Counted from the stretch's first letter, positions 30,247-40,323 are shown. The stretch: DNA of 64,000 nucleotides from Spirochaetia bacterium (GCA_963675665.1 OY776510.1:3872001-3936000), one strand, 5' to 3'. A program made the numbers and translations. Notes: generated from the letters alone by a model not told the origin.

Positions 30247-31179
30247 ATGAAAATTGACAGGCTTGTAAGCATAATTTTGATACTCCTTGATAAAAAGCGT
30301 ATAGGCGCACAGGAATTGGCGGACATGTTTGAAGTGTCACCCCGCACAATCTACCGTGATATAGACTCTATCAACATGGCGGGTATTCCCGTTCGGTCAA
30401 CAGCAGGCGTGGGCGGCGGCTTTGAAATCATGGAGAAATACAAGATTGACAAAAAGGTTTTTTCGGCTGCCGACCTTTCAGCAATCCTGATGGGGCTTTC
30501 CGGTCTTTCGAATATGATACGTGGTGATGAACTGGTAAACGCCCTTGCGAAAGTCAAGAGCTTTATCCCGGCCGACAGAGCGAATGACATCGAATTAAAA
30601 GTTAATCAAATACATATAGATTTAAGTCCGTGGATGAGCAACAGAAACATACAACCATATTTTGACATTATCAAAACAGCCTTACAGGAAAGCAGACTGC
30701 TTTCATTTGAATATACAGACCGCTACGGGAATAAAACCGCACGAACAGCAGAACCATATCAGCTCGTATTGAAAAGCAGTCATTGGTATTGGCAAGGGTA
30801 TTGCCGTAAAAGAAATGATTTTCGCTTATTCAAACTGTCCCGCACATTAAACCTGCAAATACAAGAGGAAATATTTACGCCGCGTGATTATCAAAAACCG
30901 CAGCTGGAGTTTTCCGACACCCTGGAAACCATGCAGACAAGAATTAAAATTCGTATTCATAAATCCGTCATGGACAGGGTACTTGATTATTGCGCTTACG
31001 AACACTTAACTCCGTACGGTGATGAGCACTACATTGTCAGTTTTCCTTTCATAGAGAACGACTACTACTACAATATTCTTTTCAGCTTCGGGGATAAATG
31101 CGAGTGCCTGGAACCGTTACATATCCGCACGGAAATGAAGCGCAGAATACATAATATGGCTGCCATATACGAAGGCTAA
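30247..31179 (+). CDS. YafY family HTH-WYL transcriptional regulator
   Basis: AQELADMFEVSPRTIYRDI, G.GGG, EPYQL, WYWQGYC..RNDFRLFKLSR. Confidence 0.95.
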   Translation: MKIDRLVSIILILLDKKRIGAQELADMFEVSPRTIYRDIDSINMAGIPVRSTAGVGGGFEIMEKYKIDKKVFSAADLSAILMGLSGLSNMIRGDELVNALAKVKSFIPADRANDIELKVNQIHIDLSPWMSNRNIQPYFDIIKTALQESRLLSFEYTDRYGNKTARTAEPYQLVLKSSHWYWQGYCRKRNDFRLFKLSRTLNLQIQEEIFTPRDYQKPQLEFSDTLETMQTRIKIRIHKSVMDRVLDYCAYEHLTPYGDEHYIVSFPFIENDYYYNILFSFGDKCECLEPLHIRTEMKRRIHNMAAIYEG

Positions 31180-31327
31180 GAAAATCCGGGGACGGGATAT
31201 TTTTACAGCGGCCGTCAAAAAGTTCCGGCGATATCAGGGCTGACAAACAGACTTTTCATAGATCATCCATCTGAAAAACCTTGATGCATTTATTATAAAG
31301 GCATATCATATTTTCAGGGAGAATGTT

Positions 31328-32878
31328 ATGATAACAATAACCCTTCTTGTTTTAATCATGTTTATATTTTCAGTTCCGGAAATTGGTGCTGATGACGGCA
31401 GCTGGAATACCTCATTCTCAGTACAGGGCGGAAGCATCTACAGTGAGACTGATCATCCGGAAATAATCCTTGAAAAGGAACTGCTTGTATTTGACGGGAA
31501 AAAGACTGCCGCAATCTTTCAGTTCAGAAATACTTCTGCCCGCACAATTACGGTAGACTGCGGATTCCCGGTCAGACATGAAATAGATACAATAGATTAC
31601 GGCGACTATCTGGAAGTTCTTTCAGGGGGCTACGGCGGCGGTGTAATAAAAGCGCTTGAGTGGCTTGAAACGGAAGATATCATCGATCCTGAAGGAATTG
31701 AACCTCCCGGTACAGCCATATTACTGAATGACTACAATAACACCCGCGAGTTTATCGGGCCCGAAGATATATCGGCAGAAATCGATTTTTCAATATCACA
31801 GGACGGTAATCAGGTAAAAATCCGGAACCTGCTTCTGGAACGTCATGCTTCAAGACTCGTTGCTGCGGTGACCTACCATTTCCGCCATAACCTGGTTTTT
31901 CCTCCCGGTGCAGTTTCGACAGTCCGGGTTGATTATACTCAGGATCTTGTTTCCGGCGGCGACAACATGAGCAATTCATACCGTTGGGATTATGTAATCG
32001 GGACCGGTTCGACATGGAAAGGCCCAATCGGATCATTTCTTCTGGCGGTCCCCGCAGATTGGGACGGTGAGACACCTGGTCTTGAAAAGCTTATCGGTAC
32101 AGACGGATTCAATGTATTCGGGGCCCGCGACTATGAACCGGCCCGCATCGAAACCTTCAGGTTTTATTCCTGGGATATGGATTACATGAGTCTCTATATC
32201 TTTCGTGAAGAAACTTTTCCCGCAATGAAAAAAATGTGGCAGACCGGTTCAAGAGAGGTCATGCAGGAAATCAGACCCGTACAGGAGTTTGTCCGGACTG
32301 TTTCCGCGTCATCATTTATCCGTGATCGTATCAATGTATATTGCGCGGACGGCGTGGTAGATCGCGCCGGATTCGATCCTGTCGCCGCTTTTGACGGTCT
32401 GGACGAAACCTCATGGTGCGAGGGGGCCCCGGACGACGGGATTGGCGAATACCTTGAGTGCGTATTGACTGAGCCTGTGTGGGCACTGACGATTAAAAAC
32501 GGTTTTACCCGATTCGCGGCTGAAAACTGGATGTTCGAATACGGAGATTTCGATGAATATATAAAAGACGACAGTCTCGGCCTTAAGGATTACTACAGAA
32601 TGAACAATCGCGTAAAAACCCTTGAGATATCATCTTCAGGCGGGGAACCCGTGTACACGCTCGAATTGGCCGACAGGCGGGATTCACAGACTTTCAGCGG
32701 TATTTTTCTGGAACCGGGCACATGGCGTTTCACAATTCGTTCCGTATATCCGGGGTCGAAGTGGAAAGATACATGTCTTGCGGAATTACGCTTTGTCGAA
32801 AAGCCCTCGGTAAAAACTTTCAAAACATACCTGGATGACACATTCTTTCGGAAACACCTTGCGGGTTTCAGATATTAA
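31328..32878 (+). CDS. Exported protein with DUF4424-like N-terminus and discoidin/NADase-type glycan-binding C-terminal domain
   Basis: Signal peptide; YVIGTGSTWKGPI; AFDG..ETSWCEG..DGIGE, NNRVK, VYPGSKWKDTCLAE. Confidence 0.7.
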   Translation: MITITLLVLIMFIFSVPEIGADDGSWNTSFSVQGGSIYSETDHPEIILEKELLVFDGKKTAAIFQFRNTSARTITVDCGFPVRHEIDTIDYGDYLEVLSGGYGGGVIKALEWLETEDIIDPEGIEPPGTAILLNDYNNTREFIGPEDISAEIDFSISQDGNQVKIRNLLLERHASRLVAAVTYHFRHNLVFPPGAVSTVRVDYTQDLVSGGDNMSNSYRWDYVIGTGSTWKGPIGSFLLAVPADWDGETPGLEKLIGTDGFNVFGARDYEPARIETFRFYSWDMDYMSLYIFREETFPAMKKMWQTGSREVMQEIRPVQEFVRTVSASSFIRDRINVYCADGVVDRAGFDPVAAFDGLDETSWCEGAPDDGIGEYLECVLTEPVWALTIKNGFTRFAAENWMFEYGDFDEYIKDDSLGLKDYYRMNNRVKTLEISSSGGEPVYTLELADRRDSQTFSGIFLEPGTWRFTIRSVYPGSKWKDTCLAELRFVEKPSVKTFKTYLDDTFFRKHLAGFRY

Positions 32879-33011
32879 AAGGACTCAGCATAAGGAAGCG
32901 CCGCAGCTTGCGAGGATGCTCATCTTCAACATCAATTATGTAATGTTCTTTTGCCCCGTCATATGGAAAACCACATTCTGTAAAAGAAAAGGGACTCCTG
33001 GCGCGCCAGTA

Positions 33012-33133
33012 CTGCAGAGGCGGAAGCTGATGTTGTTGTCGCGATTCGACGGATTGTTGTTGTTCCGGTTGGCACAACGCAGGTTATTACCTGAATTGTT
33101 CCAGTTACCGCCACGGTTCAAACGGTTACTGCC
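33012..33133 (-). repeat. DGR template repeat (TR)
   Basis: 122-nt AAC/AAT-rich near-copy of the VR. Ungapped alignment has 30 mismatches, 21 of them at TR adenines. Confidence 0.93.
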
Positions 33134-33176
33134 GTTTATCGACACCTTCCCATAATCGCTAAATTTTTTAGAAAGC

Positions 33177-33301
33177 CAGGGGGTTTACCCCCTGAACCCC
33201 CTTACAATGCCGTTCTTGCGCTCCCTTCGGGGCGCAAAGAACGGCCAGGACAAAATGTAAAAAGGTAAAAAATAAAAAGGTTACGCCGATTTTCAATCGG
33301 C
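33177..33301 (-). other. Three hairpins between VR and TR (DGR cis-element-like)
   Basis: GCCGATT-GAA-AATCGGC over the stop codon (33285-33301); GCCGTTCTT..CCC-GAA-GGG..AAGAACGGC (33209-33245); CAGGGGG-TAAA-CCCCCTG (33177-33194). Confidence 0.75.
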
Positions 33302-34498
33302 TGTCCTGCAGAGGCGGAAGCCGACGTAGTTGCCGCGAAGCGACGGATTGAAGACTTCCCGGGAGGCACAACACAAATATTCACTTGAATCTTCCCAGTT
33401 ACAGCCACGGCCCACACGGTAACCGCCACTTTCTGGTCCCGACGGATCTGTTTCAGACCCGCCGCTGTAGGCAGCATGCCAATCATAACACCATTCATAC
33501 ACATTGCCGCTCATATCCCGCAATCCCAAAGCATTGGCGGTTTTCAAGCCTGCTTCTTTGGTGCCAAAAGTCGGATCTCCACTGCTTCCACTATTGTTGC
33601 CGGAGTACCAGGCATAGTCGCTTATTTTATCAGGGTCTGTTTCATCGGTGTACACAGGACCGCCGCTTACATGATCTCCGCCGTTCCAGTTTGTACCGTC
33701 AATGTACCTTGCTGCGTACTCCCATTCTGCTTCGGTGGGCAATCGGTAACCGTTCTTGCTCCAGTCCACATACACAGCAGCACTGCTTGCAGCATCGGCC
33801 TTGGTATAGTCTGTGGTCAATCCGGCATCGGAATAATAAACCTGTTCAGTATCGGTTATGCTGTCATCCGCCTGGGTCAGGAGATTGCAGAACGCCGCCG
33901 CGTCATACCAATTCACGTAGTAGGCTGGATACTCAGCTCCCGCACCATATCCACTTCCGTCCGGGTCCGTCCCCGGCCAGGTGGTCAACCATACATCTTC
34001 CCATAAGCCCTGGGTAACCTCGGTTTCACCCATCCAGAAGTTTTTGGTTAACGTAACTTCCTGAGTTGTGCTTTCCACATCCTCGCCCATGGTAAAAGTG
34101 CCTCCGGAAGGCACATAGTGCATGTTGAAGTTGGCTGCATTGGCGGTGTGTAATATGGCAGCCCCTGCAATATATGAAAAGGTTGCCGTAACTTCCACTG
34201 CCGATGCGGGCATGGTAAAGGTTGCCGTGCCGCCGTCGCTGCTTATCGTTGCCGGGCTGATGCTGACCCCTGATGCACTTAACGCAACCTGCCGGCCGCT
34301 GTTAAGCGATGCTGTCAGGGTTACAGTGGCCCCCTCTGCTGCCTCGGATACATCGGCATTTAAAGATTCTCCTGATTCCGCTCCACTGGGGCTTACTGTT
34401 ACCGCGTAGGTTGTGGGTGTAGGATCATTCGGTGTGGGACATCCTGCTAAAAGCAGGATTCCTGCAATTGCAATCGCTGCTAGAATAATTTTTTTCAT
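33293..34498 (-). CDS. DGR target lipoprotein: bacterial repeat domain plus FGE-sulfatase/CLec domain with C-terminal VR (TvpA-like architecture)
   Basis: Lipobox LAGC; FTMG, ETEVTQ, YRLPTEAEWEYAAR, N.LGL.DMSGNVYEWC, GFRLC. Confidence 0.92.
   Translation of the reverse strand: MKKIILAAIAIAGILLLAGCPTPNDPTPTTYAVTVSPSGAESGESLNADVSEAAEGATVTLTASLNSGRQVALSASGVSISPATISSDGGTATFTMPASAVEVTATFSYIAGAAILHTANAANFNMHYVPSGGTFTMGEDVESTTQEVTLTKNFWMGETEVTQGLWEDVWLTTWPGTDPDGSGYGAGAEYPAYYVNWYDAAAFCNLLTQADDSITDTEQVYYSDAGLTTDYTKADAASSAAVYVDWSKNGYRLPTEAEWEYAARYIDGTNWNGGDHVSGGPVYTDETDPDKISDYAWYSGNNSGSSGDPTFGTKEAGLKTANALGLRDMSGNVYEWCYDWHAAYSGGSETDPSGPESGGYRVGRGCNWEDSSEYLCCASREVFNPSLRGNYVGFRLCRTAD
33306..33427 (-). 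repeat. DGR variable repeat (VR)
   Basis: 3' end of the target gene; shares the terminal GCTTCCGCCTCTGCAG with the TR. Confidence 0.93.
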
Positions 34499-34577
34499 CT
34501 CTTCCTCCAATTATTATTTCAATTGGCGGCCACGGATAGCCGCCTCTTTATGGACTGTTTTTAGGGCGTGGTATTTC

Positions 34578-34725
34578 CGCTAACGCGCCAGGAATATGCG
34601 AAGTTGAAGTGAAGCCAAAGGAGTGTTTTGCCAATGAGCAAAACCGACTGCCCCTGCTCTGCTTCTCAGCAAGCTTCAATTTGGGTGTAGGCCGTATGGC
34701 CGAGCCGCATATTTGCTTGTTAGAT
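34578..34725 (-). repeat. attC-like site 1
   Basis: Minus strand ATCTAAC...GTTAGCG; inner arms AATATGCG/CGCATATT; homologous to sites 2-4. Confidence 0.85.
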
Positions 34726-34881
34726 GCCGTTTCTTTCATGGTTGATTTATAGTGTTTTTGTCAAATACATGGATGTATTTGACACCATAATTAGTTTCAA
34801 AACTTTTGTCCTTAGTCAGAACTTAATGCTCCCTTTATCTCAGATATAAGCTCACCAATCTTTGTCTTTTCCTCTTCTGAT

Positions 34882-36089
34882 TGTTTAGTGAGAGTATTTC
34901 CCTGACACTCACCCCGAAAAATATATAATTTCATTATGCGGCAGTGCCGCCATTGTCCTCGTCTTTTTCTACTTCCTCAAGGAATACCTGAAAGGGTATT
35001 CTACCCTTCATATTGCGTCCTTGATGTGCTCGTTCATTATTGTAGTACTCCAGAAACTTATCCAGATCTTCCTGCATCTCAGATAATGATTCGTAATATT
35101 TTTCACGACCTTTAATTCTAAAATGCTCATCAAGTAAAGTTCTGTGAAGCCGCTCAACAAATCCATTACTTTGCGGTCTGCAGACCTTTGTTGTCCTATG
35201 CTCTATATCTTCAAGCTGAAGGAATAATTCGAAAGGATGATGGTCCGGTCTTCCGCAGTACTCACGTCCATTGTCGGTAAGCACATTCTTAACCTTCACA
35301 TTATGTTCCTCGAAAAAAGGCAGAACATCATTATTTATTACCTGAACTGCAGTCACCGGCAGCTTATTTGTATACAGCCTTCCCCAGGCATGACGACTAT
35401 GACAATCAATCACTGTTTGTAAATATATTTTCCCTATTCCTTTCAGATGTCCGACCATAAAGGTATCTATCGAAACGAGATAACCAGTATGCTTTGTTTC
35501 GATGTGTCTCTCTCTGAACTCAGGATTAAATCTTTCAAGTAGTTTTATCTGGTCATCATTAAGCTTGAATTTTTTGTTCTTCAATTTTTCTTCCAAGCGT
35601 AAAAGTCGCTGGTGGCGGGTTTCCATTTTATGTCTAACCCATACTCCACGGACCCCGCCGGAGCTTACATTCACACCCTTCAAAGCAAGCTGCTGAGAAA
35701 CTCTCAGACAACCATGAGTTGGGAACTCCAAACTATAATCCAGAATCTCTTTTTCAATTTCAGGTGCTACTCGATTTGGATGTGGATTCCGTGGTCCTGG
35801 TAAGCTGTCGATTAATCCCTGAGATCCGTAGGTTTGATAATTACGTCTTATCTCATAAAATTGCTGCCGGGAATAACCCATAATTCGACATGCCTTACTT
35901 ACATTTCCTAAATCTTCTGCAAGCTCTAACATACTCATCTTTCGTCTCGCAGCTTTCTGTGCTACAGTCTTGTTGGTGGCCATTTGCTCCTCCTGATAAA
36001 TGTTTTTGTGGTGAAATCATTATATCTTTCGGAGGTGTTTTGGCCACCTATTTTTTAGCCAACTGTCAGGTTAATACGATCACTGTTCA
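34882..36089 (-). mobile_element. IS481 family insertion sequence
   Basis: Imperfect 26-bp TIRs TGTTTAGTGAGAGTATTTCCCTGACA / TGAACAGTGATCGTATTAACCTGACA, flanked by the TTCTGAT direct repeat (34875-34881, 36090-36096). Confidence 0.92.
34934..35983 (-). CDS. IS481 family transposase
   Basis: N-terminal HTH LGNVSKAC; DDE integrase core (IDT, LTDNGREY, NGFVER). Confidence 0.95.
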   Translation of the reverse strand: MATNKTVAQKAARRKMSMLELAEDLGNVSKACRIMGYSRQQFYEIRRNYQTYGSQGLIDSLPGPRNPHPNRVAPEIEKEILDYSLEFPTHGCLRVSQQLALKGVNVSSGGVRGVWVRHKMETRHQRLLRLEEKLKNKKFKLNDDQIKLLERFNPEFRERHIETKHTGYLVSIDTFMVGHLKGIGKIYLQTVIDCHSRHAWGRLYTNKLPVTAVQVINNDVLPFFEEHNVKVKNVLTDNGREYCGRPDHHPFELFLQLEDIEHRTTKVCRPQSNGFVERLHRTLLDEHFRIKGREKYYESLSEMQEDLDKFLEYYNNERAHQGRNMKGRIPFQVFLEEVEKDEDNGGTAA

Positions 36090-36251
36090 TTCTGATAAAG
36101 AATCATCTAGAATTACTCTAACAGAATCAATATCTGAATATAATTGATCAATAAACTTTATATAATCAAAATCATTTTGTTCTTGACCTTCTATAATGCT
36201 AACACTTAATTCATCTTCATCAGGTTTCCTATAAAATTTAATTTCCATTAT

Positions 36252-38570
36252 TTACCCCCTGAAACTTTTAAGATTATATTTTTTTACTCTTTTTTTTATA
36301 GATGGTTTGCCACCGTCTGTAATTTCTGCAATATAATCAACTACACTTTTTGAGTTTATTTTACCTTCTAGAGCTTCTGAACGAATTATTATTTTTTCTG
36401 CACTTTCACACAAAATAATATTCTGAGCATCTCCTAACATTGGAATTGTAGCATTATGAGATACAAGTATAATTTGTTTTTTACTTTTAATATTTTTTAT
36501 TGCTTTTATTAATCCAACATTAATGTAATTTGTTGCTAAATTATCTTCTGGTTGATCAATAATTAATGGTGCAGTGTCACCTAAATATCCCAATATGAGA
36601 TCCAAAATAACTGATGTTTTCCATCCTGCACTTAATTCTTCAAAATTTTTACCTGAAGCGGTAGTGATACGATATTTTATCTTATTAAGTTTATCAAATT
36701 CATGATATATCTTTGATTTGAAATCATCATATGATTGTATTTTAGGATTTTGTTTTCGAAATTTATCAATATATAAATTTTCTGGACTGATTTCTTTAAA
36801 AGAATTAATTCGATTATTTGCTTTCAAATATATATTTAAGACTTCTAAAAACTTATCTTTCGTAAGTTGAAAATCATTTTCAATGAATAATTCATGATCC
36901 ATAACTTTTTCTTTTTCAGTTTTACATTTTATAGAGTATTTGGATATTTTTTCTAATGTATTATAAAAAATATCTAGTTGCCTTTTGTATTCAGATACTT
37001 TATTTATTAATCTTTCAAAATCCAATTTTTTACTTTGGTGTTTTTGATTTTCTAAACTTAGATTTCTATCAAATTCTTCTTTATAATCATTTATCTTTCC
37101 TCGAATGATATTCTCACTTATAGATATATTATATGCTTTTAAAAGCTTCTCTTCTAACTCATTAAAAATTGATTCGTCAATTTCAATAAATGGATTTTCC
37201 TCAATAAAACTTTTTATAGAAGTAAGATTATTCAAATGCTTTTGGTAAGTTAATTCTGGATATTCAATCTTTCTGATTGTATTGGAACTTGGAAGTAAAA
37301 GGGAAAAAACATTATGTTTGATTTTTTCAGTTAATACCAACCTAGAAATTACTGGAATTTGTTTAAAATCATGCTGTATGCTTTCAATATTCTCAATAGA
37401 ATCTATTAATGAATCTAGATCCTGTTTTAATCCTATTAAAGCGTCTCTTACCTTAGCAATAATCTCAGTATTCCCTGGAAAAACTTTTTTTATTATTGGG
37501 ATATCATCAATATCTTTTTTGCTATTTTCATGTATTAATTGAATTATATAATTTTGATCAATATAATGAGGAACTAAGCCTGACGGGTTCCTAATCTCTA
37601 TATCATTAACAGAAAATTTTTCATAAATTATATTTATTTCACTATTATTAAGCTTTCTAAACACTGAATCAACAAATAATGTCTTTCCACTAGAAGAACC
37701 ACCAATAACAACATTTAAGCCAGGAGAAAGCATAACATCTATATCAATAAATTCATTATTTAGCTTCACTTCACTTATAAATTCAGACCAGTGTTGGGGA
37801 GGTTCTTTAGAATATACCATTCTTGAGGATTCTGACAAAGCTAATCTTAAACCACTAAATGTTGGTTGTGAATAAATCCACGTAGGAATAAATTCACTTG
37901 CATTTGGATCCTTAGCGCTAGGATAATTACTTGGATTATAATTATCTGTACAAGTAACTAAATTTATGAACTCTCTAATACCAAGCCTATCAAAATATTC
38001 CAATGTATCTTGTAAGCCCCTTTCATTTCTTGCAGTAAATCCATCGAATTGATTGTAATAGATATTTCTTTCTAATATTGAATCATATCTGACACCAGTT
38101 TCAGTTGATATAGACTTATGAAATTGTTTATGATTTTGACCACCATGTGGTAGTAGTATAAAATCATAATTATCAAAGTTTCTAATTATTGTTTCAATAT
38201 TTAATTTAAAATCATCATCACCATCAATTATCTTATTTGGATACAAATTATCCAATATTTCATTTATATCATCTATTTCTGCTTCTGTAATATTATCTAT
38301 ATTGAAAAATATATGGCAATGATATAGAGGCTTGTTATCATAATTAAAAATGTGCAATTCTACACCTAAAACAACGTTTTTTGTTTTTTCTAATAATTTC
38401 ATATATGCAAGCTTATTTATCGTATTATGATCTGTTAAAGATATTAGAAAATCCGAATTTGCTGACACTTCAGATATTTTTGATAAAAGTAAATCTACAT
38501 TATATTCTTCATTAAGCTGATTAGGATTCTCTGAAGTGTGAATATGTAAATCTGTATAAATAGGTTTCAC
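36252..38570 (-). CDS. PHP phosphoesterase-ABC ATPase fusion (Ppl/TrlF-like candidate defence protein)
   Basis: DLHIHT, LTDHN, GVE, HCH; Walker A GGSSSGKT; LSAGWK; IIDQPEDNL; VSHN. Very AT-rich. Confidence 0.85.
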   Translation of the reverse strand: MKPIYTDLHIHTSENPNQLNEEYNVDLLLSKISEVSANSDFLISLTDHNTINKLAYMKLLEKTKNVVLGVELHIFNYDNKPLYHCHIFFNIDNITEAEIDDINEILDNLYPNKIIDGDDDFKLNIETIIRNFDNYDFILLPHGGQNHKQFHKSISTETGVRYDSILERNIYYNQFDGFTARNERGLQDTLEYFDRLGIREFINLVTCTDNYNPSNYPSAKDPNASEFIPTWIYSQPTFSGLRLALSESSRMVYSKEPPQHWSEFISEVKLNNEFIDIDVMLSPGLNVVIGGSSSGKTLFVDSVFRKLNNSEINIIYEKFSVNDIEIRNPSGLVPHYIDQNYIIQLIHENSKKDIDDIPIIKKVFPGNTEIIAKVRDALIGLKQDLDSLIDSIENIESIQHDFKQIPVISRLVLTEKIKHNVFSLLLPSSNTIRKIEYPELTYQKHLNNLTSIKSFIEENPFIEIDESIFNELEEKLLKAYNISISENIIRGKINDYKEEFDRNLSLENQKHQSKKLDFERLINKVSEYKRQLDIFYNTLEKISKYSIKCKTEKEKVMDHELFIENDFQLTKDKFLEVLNIYLKANNRINSFKEISPENLYIDKFRKQNPKIQSYDDFKSKIYHEFDKLNKIKYRITTASGKNFEELSAGWKTSVILDLILGYLGDTAPLIIDQPEDNLATNYINVGLIKAIKNIKSKKQIILVSHNATIPMLGDAQNIILCESAEKIIIRSEALEGKINSKSVVDYIAEITDGGKPSIKKRVKKYNLKSFRG

Positions 38571-38752
38571 ATAAGACTCCTTTATACTATATTTTTAATA
38601 ATCTAATTCAAGCCTCTTTCTTGCACGCCATGGACGGCGGGCTCTTACTTAAACACTCCCAACCATTAAAGAAATTGCCTATAACGTTCCGGGCATATGC
38701 GAAGTTGAAGCGCAGCCAAAGGAGTGTTTTGCCGTAAGCGGTAATTCTTCCC

Positions 38753-40285
38753 CTATGACTTTATCTGTTCAGCGGTCAGGTTGAATGGTAGCAGTTTTTC
38801 ATAATCTGCGGGTTCTTCACAGTACGGTAACTTGCGAAAAACATAGTAGAAGTAATCATAGACCGATAGCTTCTGCAATTTAGCAGATTCAACAAGACTG
38901 TAGAGTACCGCCGAAGATTCGGCTCCATGTTCGGTGTCGGAAAACAACCAGTTCTTCCGTCCGATTACAAACGGCCGGATTGCATTTTCAGCAATGTTGT
39001 TCGACGGAGTAAGCAGCGGATCTTCCAGGTATAACTTTAACTGAACCCAGTTATCAAGCGTGTATGATATCGCCTTCCCGAAAGCCATTGTAGGCGGAGT
39101 CCCTGCTGCATGTTTAGTAAGCTGTTTGAATAAAGAATCAAGGATAGATCCGGCCTGGTTGGCTCGATGCTTCTGAAAGCCTTTTTTGGAATATTGCTCG
39201 CGCAGGGCTTCAAGCTCGAACAGGTCTTTAATCAATTCAAGTATATGTTTTACTTCCGGAGATTTAGACATCTCCCAGTATTTATAAAAATACCTTCTGG
39301 CATGCGCCCAACATAAAACATGACGAGGTCCATCATGTCCATCTTTTCGCAGCCTTTTCAAAGCAGTGTGATAGGCCTCATAATCATCAGTCTGCAACCA
39401 ACCGGTATAACCTTGCAGAAAATCATACGGTATTTCATGAGAACGGCCTGTTTCATACTGAAACACTACCGATTTTTTATCAGGTTTTCCGCCAAGAAAG
39501 ACCCACATCCAGGATTTATCCTGTGCTTTGCGACCTTTTTCTTTCAAAACCTGTACCCGGGTTTCATCGGCATTTATTATCGGCCCGTTTTTAATATTAT
39601 CTTTAAGCAACTCATAAATCGGTCTGCATTTATCAGCGCACTTTATTGCCAATGTGCTCAGTGTTGCCCTTGGAATATCTGCACCAATTGTATTCAGTCT
39701 CTTGCTCTGACGGTAGAACGGGAGAGCATATTCAAACTTCTCATTTATGATCCACGCGAGAAGGCTTTCATCGGCAATGCTCCCGGCGATCAGATGTTTA
39801 ATCCCTTCAGCAGTCTGCACCCCCGAAGTTTCATCGGTGGTTCCTTCACAATTTCTGCAAACATATTTTTTCTTTATCTCACGCCTGACTACTACTTTCG
39901 CAGGAACTATGCATAGCCGTTCGGAGACATCTTCACCAATACAAATCTTCTCAGTTCCGCAAGCGCATGTTTTATCTTCCTCATCAATATCGTATTCAAT
40001 AATTTCTCGGGGAAGATCTTCTGACAGAGCTTTTCTACCGACACCCTTACGAACAGTTTTCGTGTGAGCTTTTACTTCACGGGTCTCAGTTTCTATTTCT
40101 TCGTTCTGCTCAAATGCCGTATCCTCTGCCTCGTTGAAAAGTGACGCCTGTTTTTTATCTTCATTCGTGAGCTTCTCTGATTTTGTTCCGAAATGAAGAG
40201 ATTGCAAAAGCTGGACCTGCTCTTCTAATCGGGCAATTTTTATTTTTAATTTCTCATTCTCTTCAAGCAAAGCCTGGCTGTTCAT
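38753..40285 (-). CDS. tnpC: IS66 transposase TnpC
   Basis: FG.KSEK, zinc finger, NADET, LQTDDY, CWAHARR, NN.AE.AIRP..IGRKNWLF. Confidence 0.96.
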   Translation of the reverse strand: MNSQALLEENEKLKIKIARLEEQVQLLQSLHFGTKSEKLTNEDKKQASLFNEAEDTAFEQNEEIETETREVKAHTKTVRKGVGRKALSEDLPREIIEYDIDEEDKTCACGTEKICIGEDVSERLCIVPAKVVVRREIKKKYVCRNCEGTTDETSGVQTAEGIKHLIAGSIADESLLAWIINEKFEYALPFYRQSKRLNTIGADIPRATLSTLAIKCADKCRPIYELLKDNIKNGPIINADETRVQVLKEKGRKAQDKSWMWVFLGGKPDKKSVVFQYETGRSHEIPYDFLQGYTGWLQTDDYEAYHTALKRLRKDGHDGPRHVLCWAHARRYFYKYWEMSKSPEVKHILELIKDLFELEALREQYSKKGFQKHRANQAGSILDSLFKQLTKHAAGTPPTMAFGKAISYTLDNWVQLKLYLEDPLLTPSNNIAENAIRPFVIGRKNWLFSDTEHGAESSAVLYSLVESAKLQKLSVYDYFYYVFRKLPYCEEPADYEKLLPFNLTAEQIKS

Positions 40286-40323
40286 AAATAAATTTTAACA
40301 TGATTAAATTCCGGTGTGAAGCA

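Larger units (their letters stand above)
34812..36248 (-). pseudogene. 73-aa acidic protein gene split by IS481
   Basis: Removing the IS and one TSD copy joins 36248-36090 (53 codons, MEIKFYRKP...LSE) in frame with 34874-34812 (EEKTKIG...SSD*). Confidence 0.8.

Noticed and set aside
32868-33011. Possible reverse transcriptase remnant after the TR
   Set aside because: No RT-like sequence recognised in these frames or anywhere in the ORF track.
32936-33145. Asn-rich 69-aa ORF as a second FGE protein
   Set aside because: It is the translated TR; AAC richness explains the open frame.
34548-34739. Short ORFs across the repeats (also 40973-41293 and 44304-44633)
   Set aside because: They are translations of attC sequence and share similarity only through the repeat.
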